Assembly: GCA_020348925.1 (NCBI GenBank)
Contig: CP070758.1
Span: 3,611,688-3,675,687, forward strand
DNA length: 64,000 nucleotides
Direction: 5' to 3'
Origin: Gemmatimonadota bacterium
Lineage (GTDB): Bacteria > JBHIER01 > G020348925
Every line of letters begins with the position of its first letter. The first letter of the stretch is position 1. Below are positions 49,648 through 59,846 of this stretch, one piece after another. The translations under genes and the position numbers were made by a program. The notes below the pieces were generated by a model, which had not been told where the DNA came from, did not search any database, and saw only the letters and a list, made by a program, of their open reading frames with translations.

Positions 49648-51771
49648 TTAATATGATTCCCCCGTTTCACCTCGATCGGCTGGTAATACGATCGTGAAGG
49701 TGCTGCCCTTGCCAACCTCACTCTCAACTTTGATTTCACCACGGTGGTTTTGAAGTATGTTATAACTGATGGATAAACCGAGGCCCGTGCCCACACCTAC
49801 ACCTTTGGTGGTAAAACCCGGATTGAAAATCTTATTAATATTTTCAGATTGAATCCCACACCCGTCGTCCGCAATTTTTACAATGACGTCGGTATCCTGG
49901 AAGGCCGTTTTGATCGTTATCGTCCCTTTCTCTTCAATAGCTTGTACGGCATTCATCAATACATTCATGAAAACTTGATTCAACTGATTCAGGGAGCAGT
50001 GTATTTCAGGAATCTCCCCATAGTTTCTGACAACGGTTATTCGGTCCTTCAGTTCGTGTTCAACCAACGTCAGGGTACTCTCCAGACCTTCGTGAATATC
50101 CGCCTGTTGGTATTCAGCTTCGTCCAGGCGAGCAAATGCCTTCAGACTTCTGACTATTCTTGCTATCCTTTCGCTTGCCGTAATGGTGACTTTGTTATTG
50201 TCCTCGAGTATTGCAATCGAGTTTTGGAACTGCTTGCTGCTTTTGACTTCATCCAAGTCCCTGCTGGATGTCAGGACACTTTTTATTTTTTCAATACAGC
50301 GTTTTGTGACATCGGCTGCACTATGGACGGCCCCGATAGGGGTGTTCACTTCATGGGCAACTCCGGCAACCAAATTTCCCAATGATGCCATTTTCTCTCT
50401 CATAATGAGCTGGTCCTGTGCTTCCCTGAGTTCTCTGGTCCGTTCCTCAACTTTCTGTTCCAGTGTCTGGCTGTATTCCTGCAAAGCTACGTTCGATTTT
50501 TCAAGCTCAACGGCATACTGTTGGAAACGGCGCTCCAGAACAAATCCCAAAGAGACGATAAAAAAGAACATGCCCCACTGGTACGTATTCTTGGACCAGG
50601 GAACAACTTTGAAGACTCCACCCAGAATATCATAGATGCCGAAGACGCAGAGGGCAGCTAATCCTTTTGTTATAATTTTAGCCTCTTTATTTCCACGAAG
50701 GGCTGCTGCGAGACTGGTGCCGAACAAAACAAGGATCGCCGCTCCGAAGAAGGCAAAAAAGATCATCAGAATTGTCAGGAGTGTACGCAGAGGCAAGAGA
50801 CTTGTGTATGTTAACAGCAGGGCAACAACCATATATAAAAGAAAGAATTGCCACATCCGCCTCAGTATCGCCTTCCGTCCGGCGCCGAAGATTTGCTCAA
50901 AATAGGCACAGAGCGTGACAGCCGTAAGAAACGGAAGTGCCGTCGAAAAAGAAAACCAAAACCTGGAAGCAGTGAAAAAGTACTGATCCATGGGGGTTCC
51001 TGCTACCGACCACAATCCAAAACTAAAGCAGAGGGAAGCGAATATAAAATACGTTTTCCCCTTTCGCCTGGTGATAAAGAGCATGAGTGGTATGAGCCCT
51101 GTGGACAGAAACAAAAACCCGAAAATAATTCCCATGGAACTCTCTTTAACGAGGAGGTGTATGATATCCGCATGAGAACCGATAAGCACCTTTTGGAGGC
51201 CTACAAATGAAAGATCTTCAGAATATATTCGGAAGTACAAAACTTTCTTCTGGAAATCACTGTCAATCGGAAACAGGTGAAAAGGATCCTCGGTGAATCT
51301 GCCTTGCCCCGAAACATTTACTGATTTAAAGCGATACAGAAGTTTGCTCTCGAGATATACTTCACCGGCAAATCTCAGATTTCTGATAAAAATCTGCGGG
51401 TCCCGCCAGGTTTTTTCAGGCAGAGGAACTCGCAACCACAGAATTTTACGGTCCTGACGGTCCGGAGGATTGACGATGCCTTTTGCGTAATCAATCCGTC
51501 TCCAATGAGAGTCCTCGCTTTCCTCTGACGTCCAAACAGGCACGCGGTCTTTGTCGAAGGGAGAATCTCCCCAGCGATATTGCCAACCTTCGGTTATCTC
51601 AAAAGGAAGTGAAGGGTTCTTGTGTTGGAAATCGGAACGACTCAATTTCGAATGGCGGGAGGTGCATCCGGAAAGAAAACCGACTGCAAGAACGAAAATG
51701 AATATGAGTATCATTACAATTAGGGTCCGTTGGCAGCATCCTCGAAACTTGAACTTTTTCTCATGGAGCAT
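49648..51771 (-). CDS. Sensor histidine kinase (extracellular domain + 7TM-DISM-like + HisKA/HATPase)
   Basis: EKMASLGNLVAGVAHEVNTP, LNQVFMNVLMNA, DDGCGI and GTGLGLS motifs. Confidence 0.92.
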   Translation of the reverse strand: MLHEKKFKFRGCCQRTLIVMILIFIFVLAVGFLSGCTSRHSKLSRSDFQHKNPSLPFEITEGWQYRWGDSPFDKDRVPVWTSEESEDSHWRRIDYAKGIVNPPDRQDRKILWLRVPLPEKTWRDPQIFIRNLRFAGEVYLESKLLYRFKSVNVSGQGRFTEDPFHLFPIDSDFQKKVLYFRIYSEDLSFVGLQKVLIGSHADIIHLLVKESSMGIIFGFLFLSTGLIPLMLFITRRKGKTYFIFASLCFSFGLWSVAGTPMDQYFFTASRFWFSFSTALPFLTAVTLCAYFEQIFGAGRKAILRRMWQFFLLYMVVALLLTYTSLLPLRTLLTILMIFFAFFGAAILVLFGTSLAAALRGNKEAKIITKGLAALCVFGIYDILGGVFKVVPWSKNTYQWGMFFFIVSLGFVLERRFQQYAVELEKSNVALQEYSQTLEQKVEERTRELREAQDQLIMREKMASLGNLVAGVAHEVNTPIGAVHSAADVTKRCIEKIKSVLTSSRDLDEVKSSKQFQNSIAILEDNNKVTITASERIARIVRSLKAFARLDEAEYQQADIHEGLESTLTLVEHELKDRITVVRNYGEIPEIHCSLNQLNQVFMNVLMNAVQAIEEKGTITIKTAFQDTDVIVKIADDGCGIQSENINKIFNPGFTTKGVGVGTGLGLSISYNILQNHRGEIKVESEVGKGSTFTIVLPADRGETGESY

Positions 51772-53240
51772 TACACTTCTCTCTCATTTTCGAAATCCGT
51801 CGGTAACATGACAGTAAACAGACTGCCCTTTCCAACTTCACTTTCTACCTTTAATTGTCCCTTGTGCTTCCGTACGATGTTATAACTTGTAAAGAGTCCC
51901 AATCCCGCCTTCACCCTCGATCCGTTCCTCTCAAAGCTCGGATCGAAAAGTTCTTGAATCCTGTCCGGCGACATACCAACTCCGGTATCAGCAATCTGAA
52001 TATGCACAGTTCCTTTTTCGACAAACGTGCGGATTCTGATGTTCCCTTCCCTTTCAATCGACTGGAAGGCATTCGTCAACAGGTTCATAAACACCTGGTT
52101 TAACTCTGCCGGATAACAGGCAATCGCGGGAACATCCCCATATTCTTTGACGATATGTATCCCATCTTTCATTTCATGCTGAATCACAGTCAGGGTATTG
52201 TCAAGACCCTCATGAATATCGACTTTCCCAAACTCAGCTTCATCCAAGCGGGCAAAATGTATAAAGCTGCTCACCGTATTTGCAACCCTATCACTGGCGG
52301 ATGAAAAAATTCGGCTGTTGTCTTTAAGGATTTGAAAGAATTTCTGAAAATCGATATCTTTCTCAATCTCGGAAAATCTCTCGTTTCTTTTGAAATAGTG
52401 CTCCATCTTCGAAAAACATTTGGCCGTAATATCTGCGGCACTTTTGAGCGCACCAATTGGATTGTTGATCTCGTGAGCGATACCTGCAGCCAGCTTTCCC
52501 AAAGAAGCCATTTTTTCGGAGTGGACCAATTCTATTTGAGTTTCTTTCAGCTCGGTCAGCGTCGCTTCAAGTTCGCTGTTTGTTTCTGTTACGTCAAGTA
52601 CTAATTGCTCGGCCCGGGCGTGCTCTTTTTGAAAAGCGTTGACAAAATAACGCATGGAGATAAATATGATTATCGACAGCACAATTATAGTTATTCCATA
52701 ACTCACCATTAAGTCACCATGGGAAGGGGTTAATTCTGAAAATGATATGGGAAAATCTGCAAATCGTGCAAAATGTTGGTCTAGAGACAGAAAAAGAAAA
52801 ACCAGTACAAGATAGGCAACGAACCACCAGGTCGCTTTTCGGGTGTCCTGAAACATCAATGAACCAAAGGGAGCTAAGATTGACCAGAATATGATGGGAA
52901 CAGAACCTTGTCCTGAGAAACCGCCGATACTGATCTGGAAGAAAACGGGAATAAACAGGATCATAATTAAGAAGGGATAAAGAAGATGAGGGAATCGTTT
53001 GGTCCGGAAATAAAAGAATAAAGCAGTTCCAACAACAATGGTAAATAGAAGAGGCATTAAAATTTCAACCAAAGGACGTGAATTACGTATACCCTGTGCA
53101 ATAGATATGACGCCGGTCAGGCAGCAGAACAGCGCAATCATAACCAAAATGACTTTCTGTCGCCTCTGAGCAGGAGAATCTGTGTCCAAGACACTGATCC
53201 TTTCCAAACGATTCCACAACGTGTAGAAAACGCGTTTCAT
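51771..53240 (-). CDS. Membrane sensor histidine kinase
   Basis: About 6 TM segments; EKMASLGKLAAGIAHEINNP, DTGVGM and GLGL; TAATG coupling to the next gene. Confidence 0.92.
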   Translation of the reverse strand: MKRVFYTLWNRLERISVLDTDSPAQRRQKVILVMIALFCCLTGVISIAQGIRNSRPLVEILMPLLFTIVVGTALFFYFRTKRFPHLLYPFLIMILFIPVFFQISIGGFSGQGSVPIIFWSILAPFGSLMFQDTRKATWWFVAYLVLVFLFLSLDQHFARFADFPISFSELTPSHGDLMVSYGITIIVLSIIIFISMRYFVNAFQKEHARAEQLVLDVTETNSELEATLTELKETQIELVHSEKMASLGKLAAGIAHEINNPIGALKSAADITAKCFSKMEHYFKRNERFSEIEKDIDFQKFFQILKDNSRIFSSASDRVANTVSSFIHFARLDEAEFGKVDIHEGLDNTLTVIQHEMKDGIHIVKEYGDVPAIACYPAELNQVFMNLLTNAFQSIEREGNIRIRTFVEKGTVHIQIADTGVGMSPDRIQELFDPSFERNGSRVKAGLGLFTSYNIVRKHKGQLKVESEVGKGSLFTVMLPTDFENEREV

Positions 53241-53602
53241 ATTGCCTCCTGGAGCTATTCCTGATTCAAATTGTATCGATGTATGTCTACCAGACTATGA
53301 GTCTCTTTTCTGATGTCTGCCCTTAAACCGGCCATATTCTCCTTTTCCCAGAGGGAAATTGAGAGGGGGTCAATAAAATAATTCCTTCCATTGACATCTC
53401 CCTTTCTTAAAGGGAGAATGAGAGGGATTTATAAATGGTATGTACTAATTTTTTAAATTTTGAAGGCTTGATCCGCGTAGACTTCAACTTCGTAACTTTT
53501 TGACCTTTCGACTTTTAGATCTTTGGACTATTTGATGAATAAAGGTTTGACCCCGATTGTGAACTTGGGGTGAATCGGGAGAAGATGGGATATTGTATGT
53601 CA

Positions 53603-53797
53603 TTAAGGAACTTCCACCAGTTCCAACTGCCCGTCCGGTGGTACTTCAACCTCAGTTTTTAGCATATCTTCCGCACCGATTCGGAGAGATTCCAGCAATT
53701 TCTCTTTTGTTTTCTCCTGAGCATTAACCCCAGGCAAATCTACTAACCAGCCGATCCACCACTCAGCACTTTGTTTTATGATTGCTCGATATTTCAT
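53603..53797 (-). CDS. hicB: HicB-family antitoxin (short, no DNA-binding domain)
   Basis: Y.AII.Q..EWWIGW..DLPGVNAQ..T.E.L...L. Confidence 0.8.
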   Translation of the reverse strand: MKYRAIIKQSAEWWIGWLVDLPGVNAQEKTKEKLLESLRIGAEDMLKTEVEVPPDGQLELVEVP

Positions 53798-53801
53798 ATA
53801 A

Positions 53802-53984
53802 TTACCTCTGGTATGGAATATCCAAATCTTTACAGATTTTCATCGCCAATTGGTCAAGTATTTCATTATGGCGAGGAATCTCACTCCTTATCTTACCTTT
53901 TTAAACAATCGTATGTCGCCTTCCTTCTCTGATGACCTTGTCACCATGCAAAGTAAGATGCCTTATCAATTCCTTTCTCTTCAT
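53802..53984 (-). pseudogene. hicA: HicA-family toxin with an in-frame TAA at codon 28
   Basis: MKRKELIRHLTLHGDKVIREGRRHTIV*KGKIRSEIPRHNEILDQLAMKICKDLDIPYQR; TAA at 53901-53903. Confidence 0.8.
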
Positions 53985-54179
53985 ATGCAAATCACAATCT
54001 AATCCGGAGTCATCTCATTGTCAACGGACAAAGCTATGGACACTCTATTCCCCTCAATTTTCCTCAATCCTCGCCTTTCAGACTTTGCTGCTCAGCAATT
54101 CAGCAACCAAGGAACTAAGAAACTTTATAAGCATGCAGACATAGAGATTGAGAGGGATTAAAAATAGGAGCTTAACATC

Positions 54180-54440
54180 ATGGATTGCAATCAACTATAA
54201 GGAGTATACCCGGTTCCTTACATCGTCGTAAGGCTTATCATCGGCAGCGCCGTCGGTGAAGTGCTGGCTTTTATTCTTCCCCAGGGGAGTCTTGTCGAAA
54301 TGTTCTTCACGCATCCCATTGTCCGGTCGGAAGTTGGTCCGGCCACACTCAACCTCATCGTTGCCACGATCACTTTCGGATTTTCTCTGAAGGTGAACAG
54401 TATCATTATACTGGGTATTATTTTTTTGTTGTTTTATTGA
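54180..54440 (+). pseudogene. DUF4321-like membrane protein, apparently disrupted (TAA at 54198-54200 after ATG 54180)
   Basis: IIGSAVGEVLAFILPQG..VEMFF...VGPATLNLIVATITFGFSLKVN..ILGII; lies upstream of tatA. Confidence 0.55.
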
Positions 54441-54500
54441 GAAGATATCTTTTCTTTTATAGATGAAAAAAAGGTGTATTGAGTAAAGGAGGTGTACACA

Positions 54501-54725
54501 ATGTTTGGTGGCGCCATCGGACCAGGAGAGATATTGATAGTTTTGTTTGTGATATTACTCCTCTTTGGAGCAAAACGATTGCCAGAACTCGCCCGGGGTA
54601 TGGGCAAGGGAATACGGGAGTTCAAGAAAGCAACCAGTGGTATTGAAGAGGAGATGAAGCTGGAGGAGAAGACGAAGGAGAAGACGGAGGAGAAGACGAA
54701 GGAGAACGAAAAAAAGGCAGGCTAA
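54501..54725 (+). CDS. tatA: Twin-arginine translocase TatA/E subunit
   Basis: IGPGEILIV...LLLFGAKRLPELARGMGKGIREFKKA; RBS AAGGAGG. Confidence 0.93.
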   Translation: MFGGAIGPGEILIVLFVILLLFGAKRLPELARGMGKGIREFKKATSGIEEEMKLEEKTKEKTEEKTKENEKKAG

Positions 54726-55038
54726 CGAGATCGCCATGTGTGGACAGAGATGTGCGGGTTGGATCGGACACTGTATCGCAGTGCTCTCCAACCCGCTGTA
54801 CTCTTCGACTTTTTGACTTAAAAAGGTCCCTTTCACCTTCTCCTTCCCACAAAGCAGCCTGTCCCCTTTTCCTCTCCAAAATTAAATCTTCTTTAACAAT
54901 CAAAAGCAAAATTGCAAAACCCTGGTCAAGATTAAGGCGATGGTTCACTTTTAATAAAAGGAGTTGAAATTTTTTTTCTCTCTCTCGGAAAGGGGCATAG
55001 AGAGAGCATTTAGAAACAAGATTTTTTCTTAAGGTTGA

Positions 55039-55548
55039 CTATATACTTGGCTTCCAAATATGAAGAACGGGAATTCTGTCGAAATCAGTGTCGTTCGTTG
55101 CAAGGTTCTTAATCCCGTTCCTATCCATCAGCGCTGCGGTAATCGAGTCGTTCACCATCAAACCATAATTCTCGCGCCAAGTTTGACTATCCAAGATTGT
55201 TTGATAGGAGATGGTGAAAATTTGAGTGCCAAAATCCAAGATTCTTTGAGGGATTGTTGAATATTGAGTGAGATTTTGTATGAACTCAGGATTCTTCTGT
55301 AATTTGTGCATCGCACCCTTTGGTTCTAATCCTGCTTTTTCTGTGGCCTCGTAAATCATCGCCCTATGTAACGTCTCCAAAACAACAGACGTGGAAGTGA
55401 ATGCTTGAACTACACCACTTTCTACTTTTTGAAGAAATTCAGTACACCTATCATCGATTGAATCGGCAGTCATACAAAAATGGTACACAAATATATTAGC
55501 GTCGATAAAAACAGTTTCCTCGGTTGGTATATTAACTAAAGGTTCCAT
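55039..55548 (-). CDS. PIN-domain (VapC-like) toxin
   Basis: VFIDANIF, E, YGLMVNDS and LATNDTDF acidic PIN motif. Confidence 0.88.
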   Translation of the reverse strand: MEPLVNIPTEETVFIDANIFVYHFCMTADSIDDRCTEFLQKVESGVVQAFTSTSVVLETLHRAMIYEATEKAGLEPKGAMHKLQKNPEFIQNLTQYSTIPQRILDFGTQIFTISYQTILDSQTWRENYGLMVNDSITAALMDRNGIKNLATNDTDFDRIPVLHIWKPSI

Positions 55549-55739
55549 TCATCAAACTCCTTGCTCTCGGCAACCTCTTTGATGAATTTGGGATTTCCCT
55601 TAACCATCCCTTTTGTTTCTAAAACCGTGCTTTTTTCATTCACGACTTTTAGATTTACTTTTTCGTGTTCCTTGAAGTCTACAGGTGTTAAAGGTTTTAA
55701 TATGCCATCCTCATAGACTGCAATGAAACTGTCTCTCAT
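55536..55739 (-). CDS. AF2212/DUF104-like antitoxin
   Basis: AVYEDGILKPL.PV...E.EKV; overlaps the PIN gene. Confidence 0.8.
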   Translation of the reverse strand: MRDSFIAVYEDGILKPLTPVDFKEHEKVNLKVVNEKSTVLETKGMVKGNPKFIKEVAESKEFDEWNL

Positions 55740-56171
55740 GAGTTCCCTCCTCTTCGATCAGCTATAGCTGAACAGAACATGAAATTTACACATATGAATT
55801 TACCCATCGAGCATACAAAAATCAAGTAAATTTCACTATACCCGAAGTCGTTATAAACAGGGTCACACCCCATTTAAAAGAACGAAAGCGGTTTATGATG
55901 CCTGTACTCCTTTTAGCACATTGACTCCCCGTCAGTCATCCGGACTTCGATGGAAGCTAACCTCCTCCTGAACCAAATCCCCCTCCCAAATCATCCCATT
56001 CTTTCTCAAAGTCGATGAGCATCAATCCTTTAAAATCAATATTAAAATTTACGGGTTGACCCTCTCCGACACTGTCCTTCGATATCTTTAATGAAAAATG
56101 GAACATAACCTTTTATGGCAAATTGCATTGTAAAGAGTGTTCCTCTTTACTTTTCTGATCTCTCCAATACA

Positions 56172-56478
56172 TCATGCCGCCTGCACATAAACACTCTTCC
56201 CCTCCCCGTAATAGGAATCATAGATATGCTGATAAACAGCATCACACTTCCGACTGTAAATGTCTGGTGTGAAGATACGGGGAAGTTCGTCGAGCATTAG
56301 CTCAATAGTTAACTTAACATCTGCTCTCGTTTGCTGATGTTTCCGCCAATCTAGAACCAATTTTTCATCTTTCAACTTTTCAAGTAACTCCTTTGCCACT
56401 TTCTTAACTTTAGATTTATCTTTCCGAGTCAAATCCATCTCGGGTTTGGTAAGAATATCAAATAAAGAAAGCTCTTCC
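56172..56478 (-). CDS. hsdR: Type I restriction endonuclease R subunit C-terminus (DUF3387-like); partial at gap
   Basis: EELSLFDIL...VAKELL..LK..KLVLDWR...TRA.V...I...LD.LP...KC..VY.HIY. Confidence 0.75.
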
Positions 56479-56578
56479 NNNNNNNNNNNNNNNNNNNNNN
56501 NNNNNNNNNNNNNNNNNNNNNNNNNNNNNNNNNNNNNNNNNNNNNNNNNNNNNNNNNNNNNNNNNNNNNNNNNNNNNN

Positions 56579-57101
56579 CGTGCCGACACCGACCGGGAAG
56601 CAGGGTGTCTGGCTCGATTCGCCCATGATTGACATGCTCGAAGGGGAGGGGACGGTGCGCCGGGAGTTTCCGGGCAAGTGGAAGATCTTCAACCGGTACG
56701 AGATCGACATCACTAAGGAGCCGATGCTCATATTCCCGACGCTGCACTATCAGAACGGCGGCTTGGAGATCAACTCGAAGTGTGAGACAAGTGTTCCAGG
56801 CCTCTATGCTGCCGGTGAGGTGGCCGGTGGCATACACGGCGAGAACCGGCTCATGGGCAATTCGCTGCTCGATGTGACCGTCTTCGGTCGGATTGCCGGT
56901 GTCAGTGCGACCGAGTACGTCAAGGAGAAGGCAGCCGCTGATGGAACATTGACCTTGGAGCACGTCAAGAAATACAACAAAGAGCTCGAGGATGCGGGCA
57001 TCGAGAAGGACAAAATTGCCCCCATGATTCTCCCCGACTACAGCAATCCTCTTGTTCGCAAGCGCCAGCTCACGACGCATTACGAAGGGACATTGCGGTA
57101 G
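56579..57101 (+). CDS. FAD-binding succinate dehydrogenase/fumarate reductase-family flavoprotein C-terminus; partial
   Basis: PTLHYQNGG, PGLYAAGEVAGGIHGENRLMGNSL and VFGR.AG motifs. Confidence 0.85.
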
Positions 57102-57154
57102 GACTGATTCAGAACGAAGAAACAAAACACATTACCCAGAAACTGAAAGGCCGT

Positions 57155-57181
57155 AAACCGGGTACATCACCCGGTTTTTTT
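57155..57181 (+). terminator. Intrinsic terminator
   Basis: AAACCGGGT/ACCCGGTTT stem followed by a T run. Confidence 0.75.
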
Positions 57182-57784
57182 GTCTAATCGTAGTATGGGT
57201 ATGCCGCCTATCAATTTCCCACAGCAAAATCGTATTTGACAAAAAATTGTCAAATAACACATTATTTGGCAATGGCACGTATTGAGACAAAAATGTTTCT
57301 GAATTGGAATTTCCTGTAATTTTTTCTTGACATTGGTGGAAAGATTTCATATAGTAAATATAGTTTCATTCTTAGTATCAGTGAACGTGAATGATGGGGC
57401 AGGTTGAGAAGAGAAATCATTCTGTACATTTTTGCTTGTTTGCTTATGCTACTCCTGTAATTTTGGCGAGAGGATGCACCGGTGGTTATGACTGCCACCA
57501 TTGCCTCAGAGGCCACGGTTGCCTCGAATTCTTTCTTCTTTTCGGAGAAGGGGAGATATTTCTACTTCACACTTGAATAGGTTCTATATCATTTAAAAGC
57601 GCATAAAATGATAGCGAGCCAAAGCGGTCGAGGATATTGTTACGGCAGCTCTGTCCTTCGTCACGGTCGCGAGCTTTCAGTGTGCTCACTTCTGATATGC
57701 AAATTGAGAAGTGAGCGATCAAAGGGAGTTCAGTTCTTCCCCAGTAATCTATTTTTCCCGATCATCACAGAGCAGGGTCAAGCG

Positions 57785-58855
57785 ATGTCGCATCATCGAA
57801 ATCCAGAGAGAAAAAATGACAATTTAGTATCGGAGTCTGACTTCCGTGCGGAGCGCGAGTCTGCAAAGAAGGCGCTCAAGAGAGAGCTTGGATTACAGAA
57901 GATCCTGGGGAGGAGCAAGGGTGTTCAGGAACTCCGTGAAAAGATCGACCGGATATCGTCCTGCGATGTGAACGTATTAATTTCAGGTGAAAGCGGCACA
58001 GGCAAGGAGTTAGCAGCCAGAGCCATTCATTATTTATCAAGTAGAGCTGATAAACCTTTCGTTCCGGTAAACTGTGGTGCTATTCCCGAGAATCTCTTTG
58101 AAAATGAGCTTTTCGGCCACGTGAAAGGTGCTTTCACGGATGCCAAATTCCCACAGTCCGGTCTCGTGAAGGAAGCGGAAGGTGGTACTCTTTTCCTGGA
58201 TGAAATTGGAGCAGTCAGTCCTTATATTCAGATTAAATTCCTTCGCCTTCTTCAGGACAACGAATACAGGCCTCTCGGGGGCTCGACATACCACAAGGCA
58301 AATATACGAATAATCGCGGCCACGAATCAGGATCTCCCAAGTCTCGTCAACAGAGGAGCTTTTAGGGAAGACCTCTTCTATAGACTGGACATTATCTCAA
58401 TTCATATTCCACCCTTGAGAGAGAGAATAGAGGATATTCCGATTCTTGTGGAGCATTTCATGAATCAATATTCTAAAGAATTTTGCATGGAATCGAAAGA
58501 AGTGTCTCATGATACCATGAAAACCTTCATCGGATATTCTTGGCCCGGCAATATCAGAGAACTTGAGAATCAGATCCAGCAACTTTTAGTAATGTGCCCT
58601 TCTGAACTGATATGTGCTGAAGATGTTCAATTTTCTTCCTTACCCGAGGAACAAGAGGAAAATCAAGAGTTCGAACATTTTCAAACGGCAAAAAAGAGAG
58701 TCGTTGATGATTTTGAAAAAACTTACCTCACCCAACTCCTCACCGAACACAAGGGCAATATGGTTATAGCTGCCAATGCCGCGGGAAAAAGTCGCACAGC
58801 CCTGTGGAACCTCCTCAAGAGACACAATCTCTCCCCGAAAGAATTTCGCATCTGA
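57785..58855 (+). CDS. Sigma54-dependent enhancer-binding protein (AAA+ and Fis HTH, no evident sensory domain)
   Basis: GESGTGKE, ELFGHVKGAFTDA, LFLDEIG, FREDLFYRL and WPGNIREL; start uncertain (ORF open from 57608). Confidence 0.9.
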   Translation: MSHHRNPERKNDNLVSESDFRAERESAKKALKRELGLQKILGRSKGVQELREKIDRISSCDVNVLISGESGTGKELAARAIHYLSSRADKPFVPVNCGAIPENLFENELFGHVKGAFTDAKFPQSGLVKEAEGGTLFLDEIGAVSPYIQIKFLRLLQDNEYRPLGGSTYHKANIRIIAATNQDLPSLVNRGAFREDLFYRLDIISIHIPPLRERIEDIPILVEHFMNQYSKEFCMESKEVSHDTMKTFIGYSWPGNIRELENQIQQLLVMCPSELICAEDVQFSSLPEEQEENQEFEHFQTAKKRVVDDFEKTYLTQLLTEHKGNMVIAANAAGKSRTALWNLLKRHNLSPKEFRI

Positions 58856-58894
58856 ACGAACTTGGGACACCATACGTGAGCCTCTAAAACGCCA

Positions 58895-58990
58895 CGTCAT
58901 TACAAAGTGACGAAACCGTCACAAAAATTGTACTTCGAAACTAACTGGTATTCAGCACATCCTCACTGAAAAAGTAATCCGTTTGTGACG
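58895..58990. promoter_or_regulatory. Putative upstream activator sites
   Basis: CGTCA-N8-TGACG palindrome at 58895-58912; half-sites CGTCAC at 58917 and GTGACG at ~58985. Confidence 0.45.
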
Positions 58991-59063
58991 ATTTCTCTCC
59001 TAACTCTCTCGAAGCGTATTCATAACATCAAAAATATTATTATGTTATAAATATCAAATGAAT

Positions 59064-59079
59064 GGGCATAACCTTTGCA
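59064..59079 (+). promoter_or_regulatory. Sigma54 (-24/-12) promoter
   Basis: GGGCAT-AACCT-TTGCA, i.e. GG-N10-GC, preceded by an AT-rich tract. Confidence 0.7.
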
Positions 59080-59103
59080 ATATGTGTCAAAAGGGACAAA
59101 CCA

Positions 59104-59343
59104 ATGAATGGACACGTACGTAGGGAAGAGCGTGCAGAGAGGATCCTGAACTACCTTCGGAAGCATCCTGATGCCGGTGATACGGTGGAGGGCATTACGA
59201 GGTGGTGGTTGGAATTTGAAAGAGCGGATCAGTATGTGGATGATGTGACAGGCGTCTTGGACTCGTTTCTTGAAAAAGGTCTGTTACGAAAAGTTCAATA
59301 CAGGGATGTTTTTTTATACAAAATCAATAAAAATAAACGATAG
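59104..59343 (+). CDS. Small winged-helix-like protein
   Basis: ILNYL..HP.AGDTVEGI.RWWL...V...L..L...G.L pattern. Confidence 0.6.
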   Translation: MNGHVRREERAERILNYLRKHPDAGDTVEGITRWWLEFERADQYVDDVTGVLDSFLEKGLLRKVQYRDVFLYKINKNKR

Positions 59344-59394
59344 TTCATTAATGATATCTTATAATTAAGAATTTTTATGGAAGGAGGATAAACC

Positions 59395-59784
59395 ATGTCT
59401 GAGACGATTAATTGGACGTTGAACGTTCAGGTTGTCGGCGGACCGAAGATATCGACCTCCCAGACCATAACTGTTGACGCCTATGATAAGATCGAGGTGG
59501 TCATTCCCCAAGACGCGGAAAATGAGGACATCGAGATCCAACCCGGCGGTCCAGGTCAAGTGCAGTTTCTATTGATCAGATCCGATCAGTATGACGATAA
59601 TCTGACTTACAAAGTCAATGTAGATACGGCCACCCCCATTAAGCTGGATGCACAGCAGTTGCTCATGGGCGACGGCGCAGTAGGGTTGCTTAGTGAAGAG
59701 GCGCCGGGAAAACTTCTCTTCTCCAACGCGATGGGAGCAGACGCGTCCATCGAGATCCTCGTCGGCAGAAAGGCGACGACCTAA
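59395..59784 (+). CDS. Hypothetical beta-rich protein preceding the tail sheath gene
   Basis: Strong RBS AAGGAGG; 129 aa ORF in the operon. Confidence 0.65.
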   Translation: MSETINWTLNVQVVGGPKISTSQTITVDAYDKIEVVIPQDAENEDIEIQPGGPGQVQFLLIRSDQYDDNLTYKVNVDTATPIKLDAQQLLMGDGAVGLLSEEAPGKLLFSNAMGADASIEILVGRKATT

Positions 59785-59846
59785 TAGAGATTGACATCAT
59801 CATTCGGTGTTAGCAACGAAAAAAAATTGAGAAAGGAGGGATAACA

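Noticed and set aside
53802-54440. Two neighbouring in-frame TAA codons suggesting stop-codon reassignment
   Set aside because: TAA terminates many intact genes in the window; local pseudogenisation is simpler.
55920-55975. CCCGTCAG...AGCTAACCTC resembling the 3' end of a c-di-AMP (ydaO) riboswitch
   Set aside because: The upstream conserved parts are missing, the motif is split by an insertion, and no gene lies downstream on that strand.
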